Shown: positions 1 through 10,059 of the stretch, piece by piece
Position numbering within the stretch: position 1 is the stretch's first letter
Layout: each line of letters opens with the position of its first letter
Assembly (NCBI GenBank): GCA_965208575.1
Contig: CBDBOV010000005.1
Location: forward strand, 928,001 to 992,000
Length of the DNA stretch: 64,000 nt
Reading direction: 5' to 3'
DNA from: Spirochaetia bacterium
GTDB taxonomy: Bacteria; Spirochaetota; Spirochaetia; SZUA-6; Bin103
Made by a program: the position numbers and the translations under genes
The notes under the pieces: model-generated
The model's database searches: none
What the model saw: only the letters and a program-made list of their open reading frames with translations
What the model was told of the DNA's origin: nothing

Positions 1-1103
1 ACCCGGCTGGCGTAGCGGCGCGGCGACGGCGGCAGGTACTGGTCGCCGTAGCGCTCCCGGATGGTGTCGCGAGCGGCGCCGTGGGCGGCGCTCGACAGCG
101 TGGTGCTGTCGGTGCGCATGTAGGTGATGAAGCCTTTCTCGTACAGCGATTGCGCGGTGCGCATCGCGACGGTCGCCGACATGCGCAGCTTGCGGCTCGC
201 TTCCTGCTGCAGGGTGGAGGTCATGAACGGGGCGGCGGGCCGCCGCCGGTAGGGTTTTTTCTCCACCGACCGCACCGTGAACGACGTGTCGGCGAGCGCG
301 GCGATGAGGCCGCGTGCGGCGGCCTCGTCGAGGCGTACGGTAGCATCGTTCTTGAGCTTCCCGCCGCGGTCGAAGCTGGCGCCGGTGGCGACCGGCCGCC
401 CGTCGACGGCGACCAGGGCGGCGTCGAACTCGCTCGGGTCGCCGGCCGCCGCGTCACCGGCCACGGCGAAGGTCGCGGTGAGGCTCCAGTACTCGGCCGC
501 AACGAACGCCATCCGGGCGCGCTCCCGCTCCACGACGATGCGCGTGGCGACGCTCTGCACGCGGCCGGCGGACAGCCGCGGCTGCACCTTCTTCCACAGC
601 ACCGGCGAGACTTCGTAGCCGTACAGGCGGTCCAGGATGCGCCGCGCCTCCTGCGAGTCGACCAGCCGGCGGTCCACGTCTCGAGGATTCTCGATGGCGG
701 CGCGAATCGCCGGCGCGGTGATCTCGTGGAACACCATCCGCTTCACTTCCATCCGCTTGGGCGGCTTCAGCACCTGCTGCAGGTGCCAGGCGATCGCCTC
801 GCCTTCGCGGTCTTCGTCAGTGGCCAGGTAGAGCACGTCCGCCCCGGCGAGCAGCTTCTTGAGCTTGGTGATCTGCTTGCGCTTGTCCGGCGACACCACG
901 TACAGCGGCTTGAAACCGTGTTCGACGTCGATCCCGAGGCGCGCCCACGGCTTGTCCTTGTGCGCCTTCGGGACGTCGGCGGCGTTCTGCGGCAGATCGC
1001 GGACATGGCCGATGGAGGACTCGACCACGTAATCGGAGCCCAGGTGGCGGGCGATGGTGTTCGCCTTGGCGGGCGATTCGACAATGACGAGGGCCGCTGG
1101 CAC
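1..1103 (-). CDS. topA: DNA topoisomerase I (type IA), 5' part; runs off the window
   Basis: Not in the ORF track. Manual minus-strand translation from GTG at 1103 gives MPAALVIVESPAKANTIARHLG..SSIGHVRDLP..LYLATDEDREGEAIAWHL..RILDRLYGY..LSAGRVQS, i.e. TOPRIM and TopA motifs. Confidence 0.95.
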   Translation of the reverse strand, partial: MPAALVIVESPAKANTIARHLGSDYVVESSIGHVRDLPQNAADVPKAHKDKPWARLGIDVEHGFKPLYVVSPDKRKQITKLKKLLAGADVLYLATDEDREGEAIAWHLQQVLKPPKRMEVKRMVFHEITAPAIRAAIENPRDVDRRLVDSQEARRILDRLYGYEVSPVLWKKVQPRLSAGRVQSVATRIVVERERARMAFVAAEYWSLTATFAVAGDAAAGDPSEFDAALVAVDGRPVATGASFDRGGKLKNDATVRLDEAAARGLIAALADTSFTVRSVEKKPYRRRPAAPFMTSTLQQEASRKLRMSATVAMRTAQSLYEKGFITYMRTDSTTLSSAAHGAARDTIRERYGDQYLPPSPRRYASR

Positions 1104-1334
1104 GGCAAGAAAATACGCTCCGCGCCGCACCGCGTGTCAATACGTGGTGCGGAAGTGCGGAAGTGGTGGAGGTGAGGCGGCACGGAGCCGTCAGGAGGCG
1201 GGCAGCCGGTGGCGCGACCCGGCTGCCTTGAAGGCGATGCATCCGATCGCCTGCCGCGCACCTTGCCCGCCGGGCGCCTGACTGCTCCCGGTGCGCCACC
1301 GGGCCGCCGGGGTCGCCGCGGTCGCCGGGGGCTG

Positions 1335-3530
1335 CTACTCGGATTTTCTGACGATCTCCAGGATCGCGGCGCCGTAACGCTCCACCTTGGCGGGGCCGAT
1401 GCCGTACGCCAGCTCCAGCGCGCCGGCGGTGGCGGGGCGCAGCCGGGCAATGTCGCGCAGCGAGCGGTCGCTGGCAATCACGTAGGGGGGCACCTTCTGG
1501 CTCCGCGCCTCGGCGAGCCGGAACGCGCGCAGCGCCTCGAACAGGTCGCGCCCGCGGGCATCCAGCTCGGCGTCTTCGACCGCCGGTGCCGGGCGTGCCC
1601 CGTCCGGTGCCAGGCGCAGCCCGCCCTGAAACGCGGCGTTCGCGGCGGCCATGCCCTGTGCGGCGCGGCCCGCGGCCTCCACGCGCGCGTACCGCAGCCG
1701 CGGCGGCAGCAGCAGCCGCGCCGGGCGCTGTCCCTGCATCACCGCGCGGCCCTCGGGCGTGATCGCGACCACCGGGCGGTCGCCGCCGGAGAAGTCCACC
1801 CAGCCGGCGGTGACGCAGCGCCGCAGCAGGCGCAGCAGCCACTCCTCGGGATGGTCGCCGAGGATGCCGAAGGTGGGCGTGTGGTGCAGCCCGGCGCGCT
1901 GCAGCCGCGCGTCGGCGGCGCCCTTGAGCAGCTTGACCGCCGCCGCCAGGCCGAAGCGGGTGTGCACGCGGGCCACCGCGGACAGCGCCTTGCGCACCAG
2001 CATGGTGATCTGCTGCTCATCCTGCTCCGGCTCATCGGCCAGCCGCAGGCACGCGTCGCAGCGCCCGCAGCCGGCCAGCGTCTCCGCCTCGTCGCCGAAG
2101 TAGCGCAGGATGGCGTCGTGGCGGCAACTGCCGCCCTCGGCCCAGCGCATCAGTTCCAGGAACAGGTTCCACTTGTGGCGCACCAGTTCGGCGTCCGCGG
2201 CGCCGCCGGCGGCATCGCTCTCGATCAGGTGGCGGCGCAGGGCCATGTCACCCGGCGACACCAGCAGCAGGCACACCGCCGGCTCACCGTCGCGCCCGGC
2301 GCGCCCCGCCTCCTGGTAGTAGGCCTCCAGCGATCCGGGCGGCGCCAGGTGGGCGACGCAGCGCACGTCGGCGCGGTCGATGCCCATGCCGAACGCGTTG
2401 GTCGCGACCACCACCTCCAGTTCGCCCGCCATGAAGGCGGTCTGTACCCGGTCGCGCTGCTCGCCGGACATGCCGGCGTGGTACGCCTCCACCACCCAGC
2501 CGCGCCGCGCCAGCCGCGCCGCCTCCTCCTCGGTGCCGCGCCGCGTCGGCGCGTACACTATGGCGGTGCCGGAGGCGGCCCCCGGCGTGCTCAGGGTCTC
2601 GACCAGCACGCCGTCCACGAACCGGTCGCGCTCCCGCTTGCCCAGCACCTCCGCGGCGCGCAGCGCCAGGTTGGGCCGCGCGAAGCCGTGGATCATCTGC
2701 GGCGTGTCGGCGGGCAGGCCGAGGCGTTCCAGGATCTCGTCCCGCACCACCGGGGTGGCAGTTGCGGTACAGGCCAGCACGCGGGCCCGCGGCAGAAGCT
2801 GCAGCAGCTCCTCGATCTGCAGGTAGTCGGGACGGAAGTCGTGCCCCCAGGCGCTGATGCAGTGCGCCTCGTCGACGGCCACCAGCGGGCACTCGATGCG
2901 CTCGAGGGCGGACCGCAGCCAGGTGTTGGCCAGGCGCTCGGGGGCCACGTAGACCAGCTTGAAGGCGCCGCGCGCGAGTGCGGCGACGCGCCGTCGTACC
3001 TCGTCGAAGGGCAGGGTGCCGGCCAGGTAGGTGGCGGTGACGCCGCGTTGCTCGAGCGCCGCCACCTGGTCGTGCATCAGGGCGATCAGCGGCGAGACCA
3101 CCACGGTGGTGCCCGGCAGCAGCGCCGCCGGGAGCTGGTAGGTCAGGCTCTTGCCGCCGCCGGTGGGGGCTACCAGCAGCAGCCGCCGCGCCTCCAGCAG
3201 GGTTTCGACAGCCTCGCGCTGCCCGGCGCGGAAGCGCTGCAGCCCGAGCCGGCGCAGTCCTTCATCCAGGTCCAACCCGGAGCGCCGGTGCCCCTGGGAA
3301 CCGGGATGCCCGGCTTCGCCATGGTCGTTCGGCCGCGCACCGCTGCCGTCGCCGGCGACGACCGCTTCGGCGGCGAAGCCGTGCAGGTACGGCGCGCCTG
3401 CGGCGGTAGCCTGCCCGCGGCCGGAGCGGGGCTCGGCAGGCCCCGCTGCATCTGCGGTCGGATCCGGCGCCGCGTCTCTCGAATCGGTTGCGAACAGCTC
3501 GCCTTGCATCTTCGTCCGCGCGTTGAACAT
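1335..3530 (-). CDS. recQ: RecQ family ATP-dependent DNA helicase with RQC and HRDC domains
   Basis: PTGGGKS, VDEAHCISAWGHDFRPDY, TATAT, ATNAFGMGID, YYQEAGRAGRDG, Zn-binding CR..CGRCDAC, C-terminal HRDC (VPPYVIASDRSL). Start uncertain (ORF extends to 3755). Confidence 0.92.
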   Translation of the reverse strand: MFNARTKMQGELFATDSRDAAPDPTADAAGPAEPRSGRGQATAAGAPYLHGFAAEAVVAGDGSGARPNDHGEAGHPGSQGHRRSGLDLDEGLRRLGLQRFRAGQREAVETLLEARRLLLVAPTGGGKSLTYQLPAALLPGTTVVVSPLIALMHDQVAALEQRGVTATYLAGTLPFDEVRRRVAALARGAFKLVYVAPERLANTWLRSALERIECPLVAVDEAHCISAWGHDFRPDYLQIEELLQLLPRARVLACTATATPVVRDEILERLGLPADTPQMIHGFARPNLALRAAEVLGKRERDRFVDGVLVETLSTPGAASGTAIVYAPTRRGTEEEAARLARRGWVVEAYHAGMSGEQRDRVQTAFMAGELEVVVATNAFGMGIDRADVRCVAHLAPPGSLEAYYQEAGRAGRDGEPAVCLLLVSPGDMALRRHLIESDAAGGAADAELVRHKWNLFLELMRWAEGGSCRHDAILRYFGDEAETLAGCGRCDACLRLADEPEQDEQQITMLVRKALSAVARVHTRFGLAAAVKLLKGAADARLQRAGLHHTPTFGILGDHPEEWLLRLLRRCVTAGWVDFSGGDRPVVAITPEGRAVMQGQRPARLLLPPRLRYARVEAAGRAAQGMAAANAAFQGGLRLAPDGARPAPAVEDAELDARGRDLFEALRAFRLAEARSQKVPPYVIASDRSLRDIARLRPATAGALELAYGIGPAKVERYGAAILEIVRKSE

Positions 3531-3732
3531 CACTATACCACCTGTCGTTCCGCACGGCGCGGCGGCGGGTACCGCAAGCGACCGTGCTGGCTCTGGCAAT
3601 TGCAATGGGCTCCCGTCGCTGGCGCTTGCATCCCGACGCCGGCGCTTCGCCGCGGCCACCGGGGGCGCACCCGCGTCCCGTACAGGGGAGTGCGCCAAGG
3701 CGAGATACAGCGAGATACAGCGGCCGGCGCGA

Positions 3733-4237
3733 ATGAACCCGGCTCCCAAGAACATAAAGATTCATATCATCCTGGTAGTATTGGCCGGGTTCGTCGCGAT
3801 ACCGATTGTTATAATGTCGTATGCTTCTTTTCGCAACGGAGGAATTCAAATTACATAACTCCCTTTAGTCATCCTTTCTTCGCCAGGGGTTTTCTCAACA
3901 GCACCATCATTGCCGTGCCAACGGTGATACTGCCGGTGGTTTCGTTGACGATGCCTTGCCGGAGCTGGCGGCAGTAACGATTTTTTCGTTCCTCAATGCA
4001 TGGAATGAGTTCTTGCTGCCGTTGGTCGCGTTACGGAAGAATGACCTGTTTCCGGTAACAAAGCTGCCAACATTTTTTCTTGGCCAATTTGCCCGCAATT
4101 ATCATGTGTTCTTTGCGAGTTTCGTGGGAATCACGTTACCCGTGGTGCTGGTCTATGTGATTCTTCAGAAGTATTTCATCAAGGGACTGACGGCAGGAGC
4201 GATAAAATCATGGGTCGACTCCGGGGCGTCGCCATAG
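3733..4237 (+). pseudogene. Carbohydrate ABC permease (MalG-like) remnant, frameshifted and internally deleted
   Basis: Pieces in different frames: IHIILVVLAGFVAIPIVIM / FARGFLNSTIIAV / TIFSFLNAWNEFLLPL..LQKYFIKGLTAGAIK. Central EAA region missing; AT-rich relative to flanks. Confidence 0.75.
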
Positions 4238-4249
4238 TACCTTGCGGTC

Positions 4250-5377
4250 ATGCCTCTCAACGTGGGTGTAGTAGGGTACAACGGCATCGGACAGCGGCAC
4301 GCCGGGTGTCATCACGAGGATGATCTCGCCACCTTGGTGGCGGTGTGTGACGCGGTGGCCGGGCGCGCGGAGCCCGCCAACGAGCAGTATGGCGCAACGG
4401 TACATGGCAGCGTGCCCGACATGCTGGCCGCGCACCCGGAACTGGACGTGGTGGACGTCTGCACCGGCGGCGACGAGAACGGCGGCTGGCACTTCGAGCC
4501 GGTCATGCAGGCGCTGGATGCCGGCAAGCACGTGCTGGTGGAGAAGCCGCTGTCCAACGATCTGAACGAGGCGCGCCAGATGGTGGAGTTCGCGGCCCAG
4601 CGCGGCCGGTACCTGGGCTGCAACCTTAACCACTACTTCAGCGAGCCGGCCGACCGGGCGATGGAGCTGATCCGCGACGGCAAGATCGGCGAGCAGCTTT
4701 ACTGCCTGATGCGGATGGGGTTCCAGGGCGGCGAGTACACCTACTCCGGGCCCGAGGCGGGCGCCAATGGGCGCGGCTTTCCCTACTTTCATGTGAAGGC
4801 GTTCCTGTCGCACCCGTTCGCGATCATGCGCCACTTCTGCGGTGACATCACGCACGTGCAGGCGTTCATGAACCGGCCGTCGTTTCGGCGCGCCGCCGGC
4901 GACCCGATGGTGTCGCTGAACAGCATCCACGTGCGCTTCGCCTCCGACGCGGTGGGCTACCTGTTCAGTCAGCGCGGCGACGCGCGCATGGGCTACGGCG
5001 GCTGGTGGAGCTTCGAACTCGGCGGTACACGCGGCACGTTCGCGATCGAGAATTGCGTGGAAAAGCTGATCCATTTCCCGGCGCCGGGCGCCGAGGGAGC
5101 CGCCGATCCTGCCGCAATCAGCCTGGGCAGCGCCCCCGAGCCGACGGTGCTGAATACCGGCATCACCGACTTCGGCGCCACCTTTCCGAGGCGCATCCAC
5201 GCGTTCCTGGAAGATGTCGCCAACGGCGTGCCGGCCAGCGAGCTGCGCGCCTCCGGCCGTGACGCCCTGGCCACCCTGGAATACACCTTCGCCGCCATCG
5301 AGTCGTTCGAATCCGGCGGCGAACTGGTGCGCTCGCAGCCGCTGCCCACCGCCCGCCGCACCCCCGCGGCGCGGTAA
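4250..5377 (+). CDS. Gfo/Idh/MocA family oxidoreductase
   Basis: N-terminal VGVVGYNGIG Rossmann motif and AGKHVLVEKPL. Confidence 0.9.
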   Translation: MPLNVGVVGYNGIGQRHAGCHHEDDLATLVAVCDAVAGRAEPANEQYGATVHGSVPDMLAAHPELDVVDVCTGGDENGGWHFEPVMQALDAGKHVLVEKPLSNDLNEARQMVEFAAQRGRYLGCNLNHYFSEPADRAMELIRDGKIGEQLYCLMRMGFQGGEYTYSGPEAGANGRGFPYFHVKAFLSHPFAIMRHFCGDITHVQAFMNRPSFRRAAGDPMVSLNSIHVRFASDAVGYLFSQRGDARMGYGGWWSFELGGTRGTFAIENCVEKLIHFPAPGAEGAADPAAISLGSAPEPTVLNTGITDFGATFPRRIHAFLEDVANGVPASELRASGRDALATLEYTFAAIESFESGGELVRSQPLPTARRTPAAR

Positions 5378-5718
5378 GGCAACCGCCCACCGCGCCGGAG
5401 CGGGCGGTGGCGCCGGCAATCTGGCGCTACGTCAGCCGGCTGCCGGTGCGCTTGGTGAGGGCGGGTAGAGGCGTTTCGGCGGCGGCGGCGTGATGCCGCG
5501 GCCGCTCCCTTCCGCCGCCCGTGCAGGGCTCCACCGCGGTCATCTCAGTGGCAACCATACTCCCCGCTCGGTCACACAGCCCGATCATTTGAAATAACAC
5601 CTGATGCCCGCATAGATACTGTACGCAACGTCACTTACCGTGGTAGCGTCCGCGGAATGAACTGGACCAGCCGTACAATATGCGCCGGCGTCATGGCCGC
5701 CTGACGCGCGGGCCGGTC

Positions 5719-6288
5719 GTGAACGCGCATTTGCTCCGAGCGGGCACGGTATTGGCCGTGGTTGCGCTTGCCACGGCCGGTTGCGAGTTGGACACCGACC
5801 ACCGCGAGACATGGCGTGGTCTGGAGGTGGCCCCCGAGCACCGCTGCTCGGCGTACGACCGAGACGATTACCCGTACCCACAAAGCGTGGAGCCGCTGAT
5901 CGCAGCGCGGCTTGGCGGCTGGTGGTCGCCCTATGACGGCACGGTATTCGACGACCGTAGTGAGTCAGACATCGAACACATCATAGCAGTGAGCGAGGCT
6001 CACGATAGCGGTGCATGTCGGTGGGATTCGGGGCGCCGGAGGGCGTTCGCGCGGGACCTCGACAACCTGACGCTCGCCACGCCGCAGCTCAACCGCTTCG
6101 AGAAGCGTGCGTACGATGCGGCCAACTGGCTGCCCGAGCACAACAGGTGCTGGTTTGCCGGGCGCGTGCTGGCCGTCAGGTTGGAGTATGACCTGACCAT
6201 AGACCAGCTTGAGGCAGCGGCGCTGGACCGCGCGTTTGCCGGTTGTACCGCTGCTCAGATAGCGACGCCTACTCGTCCAGACCCGTAA
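5719..6288 (+). CDS. Putative lipoprotein HNH endonuclease (DUF1524-like)
   Basis: Hydrophobic leader ending LATAGC (lipobox-like); DIEHIIAVSEAHDSGA..NLTLATPQLNRFEKR..WLP HNH-type pattern. Start could be 5680. Confidence 0.7.
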   Translation: MNAHLLRAGTVLAVVALATAGCELDTDHRETWRGLEVAPEHRCSAYDRDDYPYPQSVEPLIAARLGGWWSPYDGTVFDDRSESDIEHIIAVSEAHDSGACRWDSGRRRAFARDLDNLTLATPQLNRFEKRAYDAANWLPEHNRCWFAGRVLAVRLEYDLTIDQLEAAALDRAFAGCTAAQIATPTRPDP

Positions 6289-6427
6289 CGCGGCGAGTGG
6301 GTCAACCACCGTCAGGCAATAGGGATCACCGGCAATTGTGGGGTATGAGGAACATGGGTGGGCCTGCTAACCTGTTCCGCGACCGCGCCCGCCGTTCGAG
6401 CGGAGTGACCGTGGGGAGGATTCGAGC

Positions 6428-7426
6428 GTGACGTCGACCAACATCGTGTTCACCGGCAAGCGGCAGGCGGAACTGCGCGAAGAACCGGTGCCGGACCTGG
6501 CGCCGGACGGCTTGATGGTGCGTACGCGCGTCAGCCTGATCAGTTCCGGTACCGAGTCCATCTGCTACCGCGGCGAGTCCGATCCGGGATCGCACTGGCA
6601 CGGCTGGGTGCGGTATCCGTTCCATCCCGGATACAGCAACGTCGGCGTGATCGAACAGACGGGAGCCGCGGTGACCGGCTTCGCCGCCGGCGAGCGGGTG
6701 TTCACCACCTCCAGCCACCACCAGGTCGCCGTGGCGCGCGGCGCCCCGGTAGCGATTCCCGACACGGTATCGGACGAATCGGCGGCGTGGTCCAAGCTCG
6801 CCACCATCGCGCAGACCGGGGTGCGCCGCGCCGGGCTTGCCATGGGCGCCTCCGTGGCGGTCGTCGGCCTCGGCCCGCTCGGTCAGCTCTTGAGCCAGTA
6901 CGCGCGCGTGATGGGCGCCGAGCGGGTGATCGCGATCGACCCGCTGGCCAGCCGCCTGCCGGTGGCGATCGACCACGGCGCCACCCACCGGTTCGCCGGC
7001 AGCGCCGCCGATGCCCTGCCGTTCGTGCAAGAGCTCACCGGCGGCCTGCGCGCGGACGTGGTGTTCGAAGCTACCGGGCATCCCCCGGTGCTGCCGCTGG
7101 CGCTGCCCCTGGTCAAGCAGTTCGGCGTCCTGATGCTGATCGGCGATGCCCCCAACCCCAGCCAGCAGGTGCTCACCAGCGACGTCATTACGCGTCAGAT
7201 CTCGATCCGCGGCACCCACAACGAGAACCTGCCCGGCGACCAGGCGCAGTGGTCGCCGTCCCGCCAGGTGGAGTTGTTCTACACCTACCTGACGCGCGGC
7301 CAGATGCGGGTGGATGACCTGATCACCGCCCGCCACGCCCCGGCTGAAGCGCCGCGGGTGTACGCCCGGCTGCTCAACGACCGCGGCGCCTCGCTCGGCG
7401 TGCTGTTCGACTGGGCCCAGTTGTAA
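6428..7426 (+). CDS. MDR-family (zinc-type) alcohol dehydrogenase
   Basis: SLISSGTE, YPFHPGYSNVG, VAVVGLGPLG, DVVFEATG. Confidence 0.85.
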   Translation: MTSTNIVFTGKRQAELREEPVPDLAPDGLMVRTRVSLISSGTESICYRGESDPGSHWHGWVRYPFHPGYSNVGVIEQTGAAVTGFAAGERVFTTSSHHQVAVARGAPVAIPDTVSDESAAWSKLATIAQTGVRRAGLAMGASVAVVGLGPLGQLLSQYARVMGAERVIAIDPLASRLPVAIDHGATHRFAGSAADALPFVQELTGGLRADVVFEATGHPPVLPLALPLVKQFGVLMLIGDAPNPSQQVLTSDVITRQISIRGTHNENLPGDQAQWSPSRQVELFYTYLTRGQMRVDDLITARHAPAEAPRVYARLLNDRGASLGVLFDWAQL

Positions 7427-7469
7427 CGGCGGTCCGGGGCTTCCCAGCTCCCGTCGCGGAGGCGCGACA

Positions 7470-7497
7470 GCGGAGCGTGGCGCGTGCCGCGCTCCGC
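7470..7497. terminator. GC-rich hairpin between convergent genes
   Basis: gcggagcg..cgctccgc inverted repeat; no U-tract. Confidence 0.3.
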
Positions 7498-7531
7498 TGG
7501 TGTGGGAGCATCGAGCCGCATGGTGCGGCAG

Positions 7532-8239
7532 TCAAACCGGTGTACGGTGGACGCTGGCGTCCGATGGGTGGCGGCGTGCCACGGCAATCCAGAGGGTAGC
7601 CGTCGTGGTGACCTCGACCCGGAAACCGTACTGCGCGAACAGTGCTTCCAATTCCGGCTTGGTGTAGTAGATCTTGACGATTTCGTAGGTGCGCCCGTCG
7701 GCCAGGTCGCGCTGCTGCCGGTTGTCCGGAGCGGTGCGCTTGTCGGGCGTGGCGCGCTGGTCGAGCGCGAACAGCACGCCGCCGGGACGCAGGCTGCGCC
7801 GCAGCAGGGCGAAGAAGCCGGACAGCCGGGACGGCGGTACGTGCGATAGCCAGAAGGTGAACGAGACCAGGTCGAAGCGGCGCGCCGGTTGGTAGGCGAA
7901 CAGATCGGCCGCTTCGAAGCAGACCCGGGGGTCGGAGCGCACCCGCCGGCGTGCCAGCTCGATCGCCTCCGGAGACGCATCGACGGCGGTGATCCGGTCC
8001 GCCACCGGCAGCAGCGGCTCGGTCCAGATGCCGGTGCCGCAGGCCAGCTCCAGCGCCTGCTCGACCGGGCCCAGCGAGCGCAGGACCGCGTGCGCCCGCG
8101 CGATCTCCTCCTGCCACTCGCGGCGCCGCTGTTCACCGGCGGCGTAGCGGCCGCGCTGGTAGTACCAGTCGTCGTACTCCGGTGCGCGTTCCCGGTAGTA
8201 CTCCATCTGCTCGCGAATTCGTGCATCGTCGTTGGCCAT
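7532..8239 (-). CDS. Class I SAM-dependent methyltransferase
   Basis: C-terminal part of track ORF 7532..10291, starting MANDDARIREQMEYY; ALELACGTG, TAVDAS, FWLSHVP. Confidence 0.85.
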   Translation of the reverse strand: MANDDARIREQMEYYRERAPEYDDWYYQRGRYAAGEQRRREWQEEIARAHAVLRSLGPVEQALELACGTGIWTEPLLPVADRITAVDASPEAIELARRRVRSDPRVCFEAADLFAYQPARRFDLVSFTFWLSHVPPSRLSGFFALLRRSLRPGGVLFALDQRATPDKRTAPDNRQQRDLADGRTYEIVKIYYTKPELEALFAQYGFRVEVTTTATLWIAVARRHPSDASVHRTPV

Positions 8240-8259
8240 GAAGCGGCTCCGGTGGTGGG

Positions 8260-10059
8260 TCAGTGCTTGCGCCGTCCACGGTCGCGGCTTCCGCGTCGGT
8301 TGGCAGCGCTGACGGGACTCGGGCGGGACGGGGCAGGAGTGCGCGGCGGTGCGGCGCCGGGGGGAGCCACGCGCAGGCTGCGCAGGCGGTTCAGTGCCGC
8401 GGCTACCTCGAAGCGGCGCGGGCGCGCCCGGTCGCCGAAGGCGCCGTGCACCAGCGCGTCGAGTCCCTGCGCCTCCAGGTCGGTCTCCAGGGCGGCCAGG
8501 ATAGCCGGCAGGTCGCGGCGGCCGTCGCACAGGCCGCGTGCGGCCCGCAGCAGCAGGTCGCCGATCATCCGGCACTGCGCGGCGTCGACGAGCTGGTAGA
8601 GCAAACTCACGTCGATCTCCTCTTGTCCGAACTCGATCGCCCGTGTCCTGACCGCCCGCACCCGCTCGGGCCGCCGCCCGCGGCGCGGGTCCAGGCTGTC
8701 CGGCAGGGGGATGCGCGGCGTGGCCGGCGGCCACACTCCGGGCGCGCGCGGGGCCGCGTCGCCGAGCGGTTGCGCGGCGGCGATCTCCCGCGCCTGCGCG
8801 GTCACGTCCAGCGGCTGGTAAGAGTCCATCCGGATTACGCAGTCGGCCACGTCGAGGTAGTCGCCGGCGCCGCCCACTACCAGCACTGAGGACACGCTTC
8901 GCTCCTGCCAGAGCTGGCGTACGCGGTCGATGAACGGCGTGATCGGCTCGTCCGCGCCGGGTACCAGGCGTCGCATGCGGGCGTCGCGGATCATGAAGTT
9001 GGTCGCCGCGGTGTCCTCGTCGATCAGCAGCCCGGTGGCGCCGGCTTCCAGCGCCTCCACGATGGCCGCCGCCTGGGAGGTGCTCCCGGAGGCGTCGTCG
9101 GTGTCGAAGAAGCCGGTGTCGCGGCCGAGCGGCAGCGCGCCGATGAACGGCGTCAGGCATGCCCCGCGCACCGCGCGGCCGTCCTCGGCACGTACGCTGA
9201 CCAGTTCCGGCGCCGATACGCACAGCTCGCGCCCGTCGCCGGGCAGGTGATCGTACACGCCGAGCGCCAGCGCCTGCAGCAGCGTCGACTTGCCGTGGTA
9301 GCCGCCGCCGGCGATCAGCGTTACCCCGGCGCGCACCGCCAGCCCGCGCACCGTGCCGGCGTGCGGCGCCGGCAGCTCCACCGCCAGCGTGGCCGGCGCT
9401 TGCAGCGGCAGTGCCCCGCCGAGCGGACGCGGGTCGGCGCCGCTGCGGCGCGGCAGGATGCTGCCGTCGGCCAGGAACGCAACCAGGCCGCGTTCGCCGA
9501 GCTGGGCGCGCAGGGCGACCTGGTCCTCCACCGACTGCACGTGGGTGCGCAGCGCGCCGAGGTCGAGGCGTTCCGCTACGCTCCGCAGCGTCCCATCCAG
9601 GCGCCGGGTCAGCAGTTCGGCCGCGGCCCGGCCCAGGATCCGCCGGCCCGCGGCCGGCAGTCCGGCGCTCAGGCGCACCCGTGCGTTCCCGTCCGCGCCC
9701 ACCGCGACCCCGGTCCGCTCCAGCACCTCCTGGCCGGCGGCGGCGATCTCCAGCAGCCCGCTGCGCCCGCTGCCGGCGCCGCCGGCTGCCCCGGCCAGGG
9801 CCGGCCGCAGCGCCCGTTGCAGGAAGTCGGCCGCGGCGCGCCGTGCGTCCGCGCCCTGCCGCGCCCAGGCCGGCAACCGCAGCAGCGCGGCCGGCAGGTC
9901 GACACGCAGCCGGCTCGGCGCGGCAAACGGATCGCCCTGGATGTGTTCGAAGGTCAGGTCGCCTGAATCGAGCGCGTAGCGGCGCCCGCGCAGGTCGCGA
10001 TAGTGGCCGTAGGGGCGGCCATCGATCCGGTGCAGATCGTGGGCGAGCGTGTCGCTCAC
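8260..10059 (-). CDS. Predicted ATPase of the ABC class (ABC_ATPase family)
   Basis: HIQGDPFAAPS, GGGYHGKSTLL, RAEDGR, DASGSTSQAA, LIDEDTAATNFMIRD. Alternative start 10086. Confidence 0.85.
   Translation of the reverse strand: MSDTLAHDLHRIDGRPYGHYRDLRGRRYALDSGDLTFEHIQGDPFAAPSRLRVDLPAALLRLPAWARQGADARRAAADFLQRALRPALAGAAGGAGSGRSGLLEIAAAGQEVLERTGVAVGADGNARVRLSAGLPAAGRRILGRAAAELLTRRLDGTLRSVAERLDLGALRTHVQSVEDQVALRAQLGERGLVAFLADGSILPRRSGADPRPLGGALPLQAPATLAVELPAPHAGTVRGLAVRAGVTLIAGGGYHGKSTLLQALALGVYDHLPGDGRELCVSAPELVSVRAEDGRAVRGACLTPFIGALPLGRDTGFFDTDDASGSTSQAAAIVEALEAGATGLLIDEDTAATNFMIRDARMRRLVPGADEPITPFIDRVRQLWQERSVSSVLVVGGAGDYLDVADCVIRMDSYQPLDVTAQAREIAAAQPLGDAAPRAPGVWPPATPRIPLPDSLDPRRGRRPERVRAVRTRAIEFGQEEIDVSLLYQLVDAAQCRMIGDLLLRAARGLCDGRRDLPAILAALETDLEAQGLDALVHGAFGDRARPRRFEVAAALNRLRSLRVAPPGAAPPRTPAPSRPSPVSAANRRGSRDRGRRKH

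Noticed and set aside
81-1175. 364-aa plus-strand ORF
   Set aside because: Antisense shadow of topA, which has clear motifs on the minus strand.
5585-5881. Minus-strand ORF ending YSIYAGIRCYFK, like an outer-membrane beta-signal
   Set aside because: Overlaps the HNH gene and is too short and unsupported.
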